A stretch of 64,000 nucleotides of DNA from Obrimoposthia wandeli. Taxonomy: Eukaryota. Shown here in pieces: positions 11,128-20,778 of the stretch. The first letter of the stretch is position 1; every line of letters begins with the position of its first letter. Location: assembly GCA_977020255.1 (NCBI GenBank), contig CDROCS010006408.1, forward strand, positions 1 to 64,000. The letters run 5' to 3'. Both the position numbers and the translations under genes were made by a program. The notes below the pieces were generated by a model that did not search any database, was not told where the DNA came from, and saw only the letters and a program-made list of their open reading frames with translations.

Positions 11128-12062
11128 GCGCCTTTAAAGTTTTACAACCAGGATTACTCACTTTAATTCAAGACGCAGGGCGTTTTGGCCAACACCGTAT
11201 CGGTTTAACTAATGGTGGACCACTAGATGCCCGCGCCTTTAATTGGGCGAATCGCTTATGTCAGAATCCAGTCAATAGCAGCACACTTGAAATCAGCATT
11301 GGTGGGCTAATATTAGAGGCGCAAACTCAAACCTACATCGCGGTAACGGGTGCGCAAATCCCATTAAAAATCAATGGTCTTGAAGTCCACATGTGGCAAA
11401 CCATTAAAATTAGTGAGGGCGATAAAATCGAGTTCGGCTTTGCAACTGCCGGTTCACGAGTATATTTAGCAGTCAGCAATGGTTTTGATGTAGAGCATTC
11501 TTTTACCAGCGCATCAACAGTAACAAGAGAGAGCATTGGCGGCCTATCCGGTACTAAGTTACAGCAAGGTGACATGTTGCTTTGTAGCAGAGTAGATAAC
11601 GCTCCTTTACTCGCACTACCCGCGGCTGAAATCCCTAGCTACTTAGAAGAAATAAAACTAAGAGTAATATTGGGTTACCAGCATCAATCCTTTGACAAAG
11701 TACAACAACAGTTATTTTTTAGCAGCCAATACCAGCTCAGCGATAAAATGGATCGCATGGGCTTTAGACTGCAAGGCCAGCAAGTTAAATCGACCATCAG
11801 CGGCATGTTATCTGAAGGAATCTGCCACGGCGCTATTCAAGTGCCTGCTGATGGACAACCTATTGTATTATTAAACGACAGGCAAACCATTGGCGGTTAT
11901 CCGAAAATTGGCTCAGTCATCGCTTTAGATACAGCCAAACTAGCCCAATTAATGCCCGGCAATAAAGTACATTTTGAGCAAATAACCATAGAAGATGCTC
12001 ACAACATTAATCATTTAGAAAATCTGCGTGACAACAGTATTGAACTAATCGACCTAAGCTGA
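11124..12062 (+). CDS. pxpC: 5-oxoprolinase subunit C (biotin-dependent carboxyltransferase-like)
   Basis: LIQDAGRFG, GPLD..AFNWANRL, DRMGFRL, GAIQVPADGQPIVLLNDRQTIGGYPKIG. Confidence 0.92.
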   Translation: MSAFKVLQPGLLTLIQDAGRFGQHRIGLTNGGPLDARAFNWANRLCQNPVNSSTLEISIGGLILEAQTQTYIAVTGAQIPLKINGLEVHMWQTIKISEGDKIEFGFATAGSRVYLAVSNGFDVEHSFTSASTVTRESIGGLSGTKLQQGDMLLCSRVDNAPLLALPAAEIPSYLEEIKLRVILGYQHQSFDKVQQQLFFSSQYQLSDKMDRMGFRLQGQQVKSTISGMLSEGICHGAIQVPADGQPIVLLNDRQTIGGYPKIGSVIALDTAKLAQLMPGNKVHFEQITIEDAHNINHLENLRDNSIELIDLS

Positions 12063-12081
12063 TGATCAGCGTGGAGATAGC

Positions 12082-12933
12082 ATGACGAACCCTATTTTAG
12101 ATGAAGCAGCCCTTAGTAAAAAAATTGAAGATCTGCTGGTAAAACGTAACCTTCGTGGCATGAAAACTGTGCAAAGCGCTTTGCAAACAGGCTATTACTT
12201 ACGTGCAGCACGCATTCTTAGCAAATGCAAAGGCCACGTATTAATTGGCACTGGTTTCCCTGTAATAGATACGTTTGAAACCGATGGTCCCGTTGGTGCT
12301 ATAGCCCTATATAAGGCATTAGAAACGTTAGGCGCCACACCAATTATTGTGTGCGGCCCACCTGTTTCTCAAGCATTAATGCAAGATTTTAGAGTACATG
12401 AAATTCGTGTTGGCGAGCATCAAGAACGCACTTTAGAAGCATTTAAGGCGCTTTATCATTACAACCCTGATGCTGTATTGTCGATAGAACGTCCGGGGCA
12501 AGCAGCTGACGGTGGCTATTACAATATGCGCGGTGAAAGCATAAGTGAGCGCACAGCTTGCTTTGATACGTTCATTAACAACGCTAAATGCCCAACGATA
12601 GGTATCGGCGATGGCGGCAATGAAATTGGCATGGGGAATATCACCGCAGCTTTGCAAGATTTAGACATTGTTAGCGCCACCACTAAAGTGGATGAATTGT
12701 TGATTGCCGATGTTTCTAACTGGGGTGCTTACGGTATTATGGCTATTTTAAGCGTTTGGAATAATATTGACCTCTTAGATAAAGTAAATCTAGAAGAGAT
12801 TCTTATGTACCTTTCAGGTCACGGCAGTGTCGATGGCGTAACACGCAATAATGAACTGACTGAAGATGGCTTAGATTTCAGTGAGGGTGAATCTGTTATT
12901 TTAGAGCTACGCCAATTAATTGGCATGGCGTAA
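12082..12933 (+). CDS. DUF4392 protein (D-glutamate cyclase C-terminal-like domain)
   Basis: TGFPV..TFETDGPVGA, IERPG.AADG.YYNMRG, TIGIGDGGNEIGMG, VSNWGAYG, DGV. Confidence 0.85.
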   Translation: MTNPILDEAALSKKIEDLLVKRNLRGMKTVQSALQTGYYLRAARILSKCKGHVLIGTGFPVIDTFETDGPVGAIALYKALETLGATPIIVCGPPVSQALMQDFRVHEIRVGEHQERTLEAFKALYHYNPDAVLSIERPGQAADGGYYNMRGESISERTACFDTFINNAKCPTIGIGDGGNEIGMGNITAALQDLDIVSATTKVDELLIADVSNWGAYGIMAILSVWNNIDLLDKVNLEEILMYLSGHGSVDGVTRNNELTEDGLDFSEGESVILELRQLIGMA

Positions 12934-13069
12934 TTTGTAATGATTAGTGCATAACCATCGATAGGTACACTTAGTAATGCCTATCGCTCAGGCGACTTGG
13001 TTTTTTGTTTATAATCAATCTTTCTAATTTTCTTGTGATTACTCATTTCTAGCTGTTGCACCCAACTGC

Positions 13070-13951
13070 TCAAAGCTCTCCCATTATTTCACGCGCTGAA
13101 GCGGCTAATAACTTGGGTAGCTCGCGCTCCTCATCTAATCTCCAACTACAGCAAAATTCCAAGTTTAAAGGCTCTATTTCGCAATCAATTCTATGTAAGC
13201 TACCGCTGTTAATTTGCTGTTCAACTAATGGTAAAGGTAATAGCGCCAAACCTAAGCCTTGCTCTGCCAAATTAATCAAGCTGGCTACTGAACTACAGGT
13301 ATGAATCACTACCTCTACAGCTTCATTTTTAAATAGCTGCTGTAAATAATGCCAAGGAACCGTGTCACGCGGAAAACTAAGAATCGGTTTTTCGGCCAAC
13401 TGCGCAATACTCCATGACTTGCGATGCTCACACAGCGCTGTACTGGCTACCCATACTTGCGGGTAACTACAAAGTAACTCAGAAACCAAAGCACTGTTAA
13501 CGCCTTGCTCTTGCACCATTAAACTTAAATCTATTTGGTGTCGCTGTAATTGCTTGGTTAAAACTGGCGTAACATCACTGGTTAATTCAAAAGATATATG
13601 TGGATGCAATTGTTGCCAGCGCTGTAGCAATGGAGATAACCATAAATGCGCCAGCGTATCGGCAATTCCTATTTTCAAATTGCCTTTCATTAGTTGTTGC
13701 TGCCCTGCTTCTACTTTCATTTTTTGGCTAATCGCTACAATGTTTTCTGCATAAGCCAGCAATGTACTGCCTTTCTCTGTTAAGTGAGTACCACTTTTAC
13801 CACGTCTAAAAAGTAATACACCGAGCTCGCTTTCAAGCGCAGTGATACGCGCAGATAAGGCAGGCTGACTGATATGTAATTGAACAGACGCAGCTCGAAA
13901 ACTACCTAGTCTGGCCACCTTTATGAAAGAAGACAGGTTGCGAATTCGCAT
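13070..13951 (-). CDS. LysR-family transcriptional regulator, divergent from the aminotransferase
   Basis: GSFRAASVQLHISQPALSARITALESELGVLLFRR HTH followed by a substrate-binding domain. Confidence 0.92.
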   Translation of the reverse strand: MRIRNLSSFIKVARLGSFRAASVQLHISQPALSARITALESELGVLLFRRGKSGTHLTEKGSTLLAYAENIVAISQKMKVEAGQQQLMKGNLKIGIADTLAHLWLSPLLQRWQQLHPHISFELTSDVTPVLTKQLQRHQIDLSLMVQEQGVNSALVSELLCSYPQVWVASTALCEHRKSWSIAQLAEKPILSFPRDTVPWHYLQQLFKNEAVEVVIHTCSSVASLINLAEQGLGLALLPLPLVEQQINSGSLHRIDCEIEPLNLEFCCSWRLDEERELPKLLAASAREIMGEL

Positions 13952-14229
13952 ATTTTTACTCCTAAAGACACAAAAACTATTGATTAGAACTGCGGATAAC
14001 TTGTGATAAAAAAATCACCCATATAATTAAATAGTAATTAATATGGAATTATAATCAAAAAACCATAATAAATACTGTCTAAGTCACAAAAGTAGATTTT
14101 TTTTATTTTATTTATGCAATGCTTGCAAACATAACACTTTTGGTCAAACATGTGCGTCCAATTATTTCGGTCGTAGAAAAGAGTTTGACTGTTTGTCCTA
14201 CGACTAAAAATATACAAGAGAGGCAAACA

Positions 14230-15096
14230 ATGAGCACAGCATATCTTAACGGCGAATACCTACCTTTAGCAGAAGCCAGAATATCCCCATTAGATCGCGG
14301 TTTTCTATTTGGCGATGGCATCTACGAGGTTATCCCTTATTACAGTGGCAAATCTGTCGGTTTGATTCCACATATTCAGCGCATGATAGATGGTTTAGGC
14401 GCAATAGAAATCAAATGTGAAAAAAGCCTCAATGAGTGGATAGTATTACTAGATGATTTGATCGCCAAGAATGATGGTGCGAATAGTAACCTTGGTGTTT
14501 ATGTGCATGTTTCTCGCGGTACTGATAGCATTCGTAATCACGCTTACCCAGAAAACGTTGCACCGACCATTTTCTGTTTTACCTTCGCAATTAAAGACCC
14601 TGAGCCAGTTGATAGAAACACTGCCACAACTTACACCGTGACCACCACTCAAGACTTACGCTGGAAACGCTGCCAGATCAAATCTACAGCACTGCTAGGC
14701 AACGTTATGCACTATCAGCAGGGGCACGCTTCTGGCAACCACGAATGCTTGCTATACAACGCTAACAACGAACTAACTGAAGGCAGTTCAGTTAATGCTT
14801 TCATCGTTAAAGACGGTGTTATTGCTACGCCTATCCAAGATAACCAAATCTTACCTGGGATCACGCGTCGCATTATTATCGATAGCATCATTGCAGATGG
14901 CTCTATTAAGTTAGAAGAGCGTACTATCACTATGGATGAAGTACATGACGCCGATGAAGTTTGGATCAGCAGCTCATCTAAAGAAATTGCACCTATTGTG
15001 AAGATAGATGACACCAATGTTGGTGACGGAAAAATTGGCCCTGTTTGGGAAAAAGCTTTTGCTATTTATACCGCGGCGAAATTCACTCATAGCTAA
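14230..15096 (+). CDS. dat: D-amino-acid aminotransferase-like (PLP fold type IV)
   Basis: AYLNGEYLPL.EARISPLDRGFLFGDGIYEV, RW.RC.IKST.LL.NV, EGSS.N.FIV, ILPGITR; ATG at 14230 after AGAGG RBS. Confidence 0.8.
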   Translation: MSTAYLNGEYLPLAEARISPLDRGFLFGDGIYEVIPYYSGKSVGLIPHIQRMIDGLGAIEIKCEKSLNEWIVLLDDLIAKNDGANSNLGVYVHVSRGTDSIRNHAYPENVAPTIFCFTFAIKDPEPVDRNTATTYTVTTTQDLRWKRCQIKSTALLGNVMHYQQGHASGNHECLLYNANNELTEGSSVNAFIVKDGVIATPIQDNQILPGITRRIIIDSIIADGSIKLEERTITMDEVHDADEVWISSSSKEIAPIVKIDDTNVGDGKIGPVWEKAFAIYTAAKFTHS

Positions 15097-15127
15097 ACAC
15101 CATTAACTAATCGTTCATATTTTAAAC

Positions 15128-15151
15128 AGCCTCTCTTAAGAGGCTTTTTTA
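15128..15151 (+). terminator. Probable intrinsic terminator after the aminotransferase
   Basis: AGCCTCT-CTTA-AGAGGCT stem followed by a T run. Confidence 0.6.
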
Positions 15152-15322
15152 TGACTAAAATACTAGCCTCAGTTTGCCTGCTAAGTGATAGAACCAGCTA
15201 ACACCTTAGTCTTTTCCACTTTTTATTAACTTAGGCATCTGATGTAAGCCTTTAGCACTAGGCTTATATTGTAGACAAAAAAAAGCCGCTTATTCAGCGG
15301 CCCAAAAAAAGAGATAAAACAT

Positions 15323-16555
15323 TTAGTCTGCTTGTCTACGCAGGAATGCTGGGATGTCTAAGAAATCTAGATCTCCAGTACCTGTTTTCTTCATAGGCTG
15401 CTGTACGGGCTCTGGAGCCACCTCAACATGCTCTTGTAAATGCGTACGACCATTGTGACTACGTGTTTTATTTTTAACCGGTAATTCCATTTGATGCTGT
15501 GAATAATTACCCGTTACATTTGCACGTACTGAAGTTGATGCTCCACCGCTAGCAGCTACTTTCACCTGCTCAGTTTCAACTTTTACAGCTGATTCAGACT
15601 GTGCAACTAAACCGGTTGCAACAACAGTAACACGAAGCTCATCTGTCATTTCTGGATCTATTACTGTACCGACAACCACAGTAGCATTCTCAGAAGCGTA
15701 CTCTTCGATGATTTGCCCCACTTCTGTAAACTCACCTAAGCTTAAATCTAAACCGGCTGTAATATTAACTAAGATGCCACTAGCACCTTTCAAATCAACA
15801 TCTTCGAGTAATGGACTTTTAATAGCGGCTTCAGTTGCAACGATAGCTCTATCATCACCTTTAGCACTGCCTGTTCCCATCATCGCCATGCCCATAGAAG
15901 CCATCACAGCACGTACGTCAGCGAAATCGACGTTAATCATACCAGGACGGGTAATTAGATCAGCAATACCGCGCACTGCGTTTGATAACACGTCATTTGC
16001 CGCATTAAACGCATTGATTAATGAGCAGTTCTTACCCATCACTTGCATGAGCTTTTCATTGGGAATGATTATTAAAGAATCGACATGATCTTTTAATTCG
16101 TTAATGCCTTCTTCGGCGATGCGCATGCGCTTACGCCCTTCAAAAGGGAAAGGCTTAGTAACGACAGCAACCGTTAAAATTCCTAAATCTTTTGCCACTT
16201 CAGCAACGATAGGTGCAGCACCTGTACCTGTACCACCGCCCATACCTGCTGTGATGAAGACCATGTCCGCACCTTCAATCATCTCGGCTATCTGAATACG
16301 ATCTTCTTGTGCAGCTTGACGACCTACTTCAGGATTGGCTCCAGCGCCTAAACCTTTAGTTAGCTCACCTCCTATTTGAATAACAGATCCAGTAGACATG
16401 CCATGTAGAGCTTGAGCATCTGTGTTAGCACAGATAAACTCAACCCCTTCAATATCAGTCGTTAGCATATGCTGCACAGCATTTCCGCCACCGCCGCCTA
16501 CACCTAAAACTTTAATTACGGCGTTATCTGGTAGACTATCTGCCAGTTCAAACAT
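15323..16555 (-). CDS. ftsZ: Cell division protein FtsZ
   Basis: [19 protein letters not shown] tubulin signature, [10 protein letters not shown]-terminal [12 protein letters not shown]. Confidence 0.99.
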   Translation of the reverse strand: MFELADSLPDNAVIKVLGVGGGGGNAVQHMLTTDIEGVEFICANTDAQALHGMSTGSVIQIGGELTKGLGAGANPEVGRQAAQEDRIQIAEMIEGADMVFITAGMGGGTGTGAAPIVAEVAKDLGILTVAVVTKPFPFEGRKRMRIAEEGINELKDHVDSLIIIPNEKLMQVMGKNCSLINAFNAANDVLSNAVRGIADLITRPGMINVDFADVRAVMASMGMAMMGTGSAKGDDRAIVATEAAIKSPLLEDVDLKGASGILVNITAGLDLSLGEFTEVGQIIEEYASENATVVVGTVIDPEMTDELRVTVVATGLVAQSESAVKVETEQVKVAASGGASTSVRANVTGNYSQHQMELPVKNKTRSHNGRTHLQEHVEVAPEPVQQPMKKTGTGDLDFLDIPAFLRRQAD

Positions 16556-16741
16556 GATCTATCTCCTTTGGGCTATGCCCTTTTTCAATCTCATTTGGTC
16601 AGAGAATGCAAATTTTGCAAATTAAACTAGTCTGTATCTAAAACCCAGTTAATCGATTTGCTCAATAATTGACTTACAACCTGCTCAACCAAATATCTTA
16701 TTGTTCGTTGTGATAATTTGTCGACCTAAAGTGACAAATTA

Positions 16742-18049
16742 CTAAAAATTTCCAGTCAGCCAAGTTTTAAAACGACTCATTACACCTGGCTGATTACTCT
16801 TAGGCCTTACTACTTTGTTTGGCGCTGCTGACATTAATGTGTCAGGTGATATCGGTTTATTTATCTCAACAGTCGGTCTTGTTGGTGATGCACTACTGCC
16901 TTGCGGCTGATCATCACGGGCATAATGCAAAAGCCCTATACTCGTTGAGAAAATGGGATTTTGTAATATATCACCCATTCCATTAACACCTTTTGGCATC
17001 GCTAATCGCACTGGCATATGAAATATTTCTTCTGCTAGCTCAACCGCACCTTCCATTTTGGAAGTACCACCGGTTAAAACAACCCCAGCTGCCACTAAAT
17101 TATCGTACCCACTGCGACGTAATTCATCTTGCACTAACGTAAACAACTCATCGTATCTTGGTTCAACCACTTCCGCTAATGCCTGTCTATTTAAATCTCT
17201 AGGAGGGCGATCACCCACACTAGGTACTTTTATAGTTTCATCAGCACTTGCCAATTGCGCAAGACAGCAAGCATATTTCACTTTTAATTGATCAGCATGA
17301 AAACTCGGCGTTCTCAATGCCATTGCTATGTCGTTGGTCACTTGATCTCCAGCCACTGGAATCACACCCGTGTGACGAATAGACCCCTGTGTGAAAATGG
17401 CAATGTCAGTGGTTCCCCCACCAATATCGACCATACAAACACCAAGATCTTTTTCGTCTGCTGTTAATACAGCATATGACGATGCTAACTGCTCTAAAAC
17501 AACACCATCAACTTCTAAACCACATCGACGTACACATTTCTCGATATTCTGAATAGCATTAGCAGCGCCGGTGACTAAATGCACTTTAGCCTCTAGCCTA
17601 ACGCCAGACATACCTAACGGCTCTTTTATACCTTCTTGATGATCAATCAAATATTCTTGAGGCAAAATGTGAATAATGCGTCTATCTGCTGGTATCGCCA
17701 CTGCACTTGCCGCATCGATTACCCGCTCAAGATCAAAATCGGTTACTTCGCCTTCTCGTACCGCAACAATACCGTGGGAATTCTGACTGCTAATGTGGCT
17801 GCCTGCGATCCCAACAGTGACTGAATGTATCTTACATCCAGCCATTAATTCTGCTTCTTCTACTGCGCGTTGTATTGAGCTAACTGTCGACTCAATATTT
17901 ACAACAACGCCTTTCTTTAATCCCTTTGAAGGATGTGAGCCGACACCAATAACTTCAATTTGCCCGTCGATTGAAATTTCTCCAACCAAACAAACTACCT
18001 TTGAAGTTCCGATGTCTAACGCAACGATCATATTATGCTCAATATCCAT
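16742..18049 (-). CDS. ftsA: Cell division protein FtsA
   Basis: ALDIGTSKVV, LKKGVVVNIE, DIGGGTTDIA, VLTGGTS, C-terminal amphipathic RFKTWLTGNF. Confidence 0.98.
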   Translation of the reverse strand: MDIEHNMIVALDIGTSKVVCLVGEISIDGQIEVIGVGSHPSKGLKKGVVVNIESTVSSIQRAVEEAELMAGCKIHSVTVGIAGSHISSQNSHGIVAVREGEVTDFDLERVIDAASAVAIPADRRIIHILPQEYLIDHQEGIKEPLGMSGVRLEAKVHLVTGAANAIQNIEKCVRRCGLEVDGVVLEQLASSYAVLTADEKDLGVCMVDIGGGTTDIAIFTQGSIRHTGVIPVAGDQVTNDIAMALRTPSFHADQLKVKYACCLAQLASADETIKVPSVGDRPPRDLNRQALAEVVEPRYDELFTLVQDELRRSGYDNLVAAGVVLTGGTSKMEGAVELAEEIFHMPVRLAMPKGVNGMGDILQNPIFSTSIGLLHYARDDQPQGSSASPTRPTVEINKPISPDTLMSAAPNKVVRPKSNQPGVMSRFKTWLTGNF

Positions 18050-18327
18050 TCACTAAACCGCTTGGTATAAAAAAATAAAAACTTTCAATATATATTTTAG
18101 GATTATACGCCAGACTTTAATATAAATCAGTAAATCATCGAAAATAATATTAATACGTAATGTACAAAAAATCATCAAGGTATACCAGTTCTTTTGTCAT
18201 TTAATTAATATTAAGCATTTCTATCGAAGCCTTATATATTAAGGAGTCTAGCTTGGTCTCTAAAAACTCCAGCATTTTATTTCTATTATATTGGCTAATT
18301 AAAACATTAGTTAAAAATAACCAAAAT

Positions 18328-18442
18328 AATCAATAGCGAATGTTGATTTATAATATAAAATCAAATTTTGATATTGATTTTATATGCACAATCAAAACTT
18401 ACTTTTGACGATTTAATGAAAAATCAAACGCCAATATTGATT
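18328..18442. repeat. Four phased AATCAA-N9-TTGA(TT/CG) palindromic units, period 31/31/32 bp
   Basis: AATCAA at 18328, 18359, 18390, 18422; TTGA at 18343, 18374, 18405, 18437. Confidence 0.7.
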
Positions 18443-18521
18443 ATATTTTATTCATAAAACTATTAAAATTGGATTAATTTCATTCATAAAAAAGCGTATT
18501 TTTTTAAAAAAACTACAAACA

Positions 18522-18566
18522 CACACTATGTAGTGTATTTATATATAAATAACACTACATATAGAA
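18522..18566. promoter_or_regulatory. Paired operator-like palindrome (tandem NrdR-box-like, or RccR/HexR-like)
   Basis: CACACTATGTAGTG (18522-35) and CACTACATATAGAA (18553-66) start 31 bp apart; together they form ATGTAGTG-N17-CACTACAT. Confidence 0.5.
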
Positions 18567-19073
18567 ACCAATAATTTTTTAGCTTATAAAATTTGAAAAT
18601 TCAGAAATTTATAGTTAAAAAGGTATCTTTAAACAGTTTTTTAACAGTATTTCAAACATGCACTTGTAGTGCATTAGTGACAAAACATACTTTTGAGACG
18701 GCTAACTATTTTTGTAAGCTCAGCCTGAGTACAATCTAATAAATTTCTTCATGTGCGTTTTTTGAACGCATAGAGAATCTTATGCCAGCAATAATTATCT
18801 GCATAATTCGAAAAAAAATATTAACACTGTAATTTTTTTGCTTATAAATAGGCACCAAAGCCTCATGACATTGTTTACGCCCAATAATGTAACGTTGAAT
18901 AATCTACGCTAGCATTATCCATAATCCATATTAAATGATTATTTACACCAGCGAGATTAAATTAGAGGTTAGCTTACTACGCTGTTTCACTCATTTTTGC
19001 TTTGACTTGATTGGCATTAACTATCATTGGTAAATTGTTTGCATAAACCTAGCAATAGATGCTCAGCTTCGTC

Positions 19074-19115
19074 TAATGGGTAATGGGTAATGGGTAATGG
19101 GTAATGGGTAATGGG
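19074..19115 (+). repeat. (TAATGGG)6 heptamer tandem repeat
   Basis: Six exact copies followed by TAGG. Confidence 0.95.
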
Positions 19116-19283
19116 TAGGATAGGTCAAAGTATAAACACCCGCTACAGTGCTTTATATCCCTAACACAAATGGAATCGATACTGGGCTGGCTAATATCTA
19201 AGCCGAGCCAGCTTAATGAACACAACCCACTGCAAACACGTTTAATTGCTTACAGTTTACAACTCTATTAGTTACGCAAAGAT

Positions 19284-20774
19284 TTATTTATCTATTGAAG
19301 GTTTCTCTAAATTCATCACAGTTTCGGCACCTTGGGTTAGCTCAGAGGATAGCTTCTTTTTACCACTTACACCTAATTTAGTTAAATTATTAGCTTGGTT
19401 AACCAAGTTGCCCTTACCTGTTGATAAGCGCTTATAACTGTCATCGTAAGCATTTTGTGCTCTATCAAGATGTTTACCTAGATCATCCATCGACTCGACA
19501 AAGCTCACAAATTTATCGTACAACTCAGCGCCGCGATTAGCGATCGCTTTGGCATTTTGATTTTGCTGCTCAAAGCGCCATATGTTTTGCACTGTTCTTA
19601 AAGTGACTAATAAAGTAGTAGGGCTAACTAAAATAATATTGCGCTGAAAAGCGTAGCGAAACAAGCTTTGATCGTGTTCAAGCGCCAGCATAAAAGCGCC
19701 TTCAACTGGCACGAATAACAGTACGAAATCTAAAGTGCGAATATTATCTAATTTCTCATAAGACTTTTGACTTAAGCCACGAATATGATTGCGAATAGAT
19801 TGCACATGCTCGATTAAATGCTGTTCTCGCCCTGTACTATCATTACCACTACAATATCTTTCATAACCTGTAAGGGAAACTTTAGCATCAATGATCATAT
19901 CTTTTTCATCGGGCAGCCTAACAATAACATCTGGCTGATATCGCTTACCTTCTTGAGTCAAAGATACCTGGGTTTCATATTCATGGCCTTTGCGCAAACC
20001 AGACTCTTCAAGCACTCGTTCAAGAATAACCTCTCCCCAATTACCTTGAACTTTACTATCGCCTTTTAAAGCTTGCGTCAAATTCATGGCCTCTTGGCTC
20101 ATTTGCTGGTTCAGCTGCTTTAAATGATCAATTTGCTGATACAAGGCTTGTCTATCACGCGTTTCTTTATCATAAACATCTTCAACTTTTCGCTTAAAGT
20201 CACCAAGCTGCTCACGCAAAGGATTTAATATATGCGCAATAGACTCTCGGCTATCCTTACTAAAATTGGCTGTTTTATCTTCAAAAATCTGGTTAGCTAA
20301 ATGCTGAAAATCTTGCTTTAGCTGATCACGCGCTTGATTAAAGAGCTGAGATTTTTCTTCACTCACTTTGCGCTCACTAGAAAGGCGTACCTGCAGTTCA
20401 GTAATTTGGTTATTGGCACCTGCCAGGCGCTGTTGATACTCCACCAATTCTAGTTTTATTTTTTGCTTTTCTATTTCAGAGACTTCAAACACCGCAACTT
20501 TTTCATTTAGCTGCGCATTGCTAACTTGCTCTTGATGTAAAAGCTGTTCAACAGATATATTTTTGAGCTGCTGTTTTTGATTTTGTTGGCGCTGAATCTC
20601 CAGCTGATAGTTGATGTTCTTTTCTCTATCTTGTTGCAACTGCAGCTTGAAGTTTAACTGTTGGCGTTGCTTAGCATTTGAATACAATGACCATAACAAT
20701 AACAGTAGGCTCAGCAAAAAAGCCGCAAGTGCACCTAATACAGCACTTTGTATATCAATTTGATTGAGCAACAT
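19284..20774 (-). CDS. rmuC: DNA recombination protein RmuC
   Basis: N-terminal TM and coiled coil, QGNWGEVILERVLE.SGL, PDVIVRLP..K.MIIDAKVSL, DFVLLFVPVEGAF, LVSPTTLLVTLRTV. Confidence 0.93.
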   Translation of the reverse strand: MLLNQIDIQSAVLGALAAFLLSLLLLLWSLYSNAKQRQQLNFKLQLQQDREKNINYQLEIQRQQNQKQQLKNISVEQLLHQEQVSNAQLNEKVAVFEVSEIEKQKIKLELVEYQQRLAGANNQITELQVRLSSERKVSEEKSQLFNQARDQLKQDFQHLANQIFEDKTANFSKDSRESIAHILNPLREQLGDFKRKVEDVYDKETRDRQALYQQIDHLKQLNQQMSQEAMNLTQALKGDSKVQGNWGEVILERVLEESGLRKGHEYETQVSLTQEGKRYQPDVIVRLPDEKDMIIDAKVSLTGYERYCSGNDSTGREQHLIEHVQSIRNHIRGLSQKSYEKLDNIRTLDFVLLFVPVEGAFMLALEHDQSLFRYAFQRNIILVSPTTLLVTLRTVQNIWRFEQQNQNAKAIANRGAELYDKFVSFVESMDDLGKHLDRAQNAYDDSYKRLSTGKGNLVNQANNLTKLGVSGKKKLSSELTQGAETVMNLEKPSIDK

Positions 20775-20778
20775 TTAA

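Noticed and set aside
18328-18490. Possible CRISPR array or replication origin
   Set aside because: Repeats are only 6 bp half-sites with no conserved 25-40 bp repeat and no cas genes; only one mismatched DnaA-like box (TTATCCATA, ~18916) is nearby
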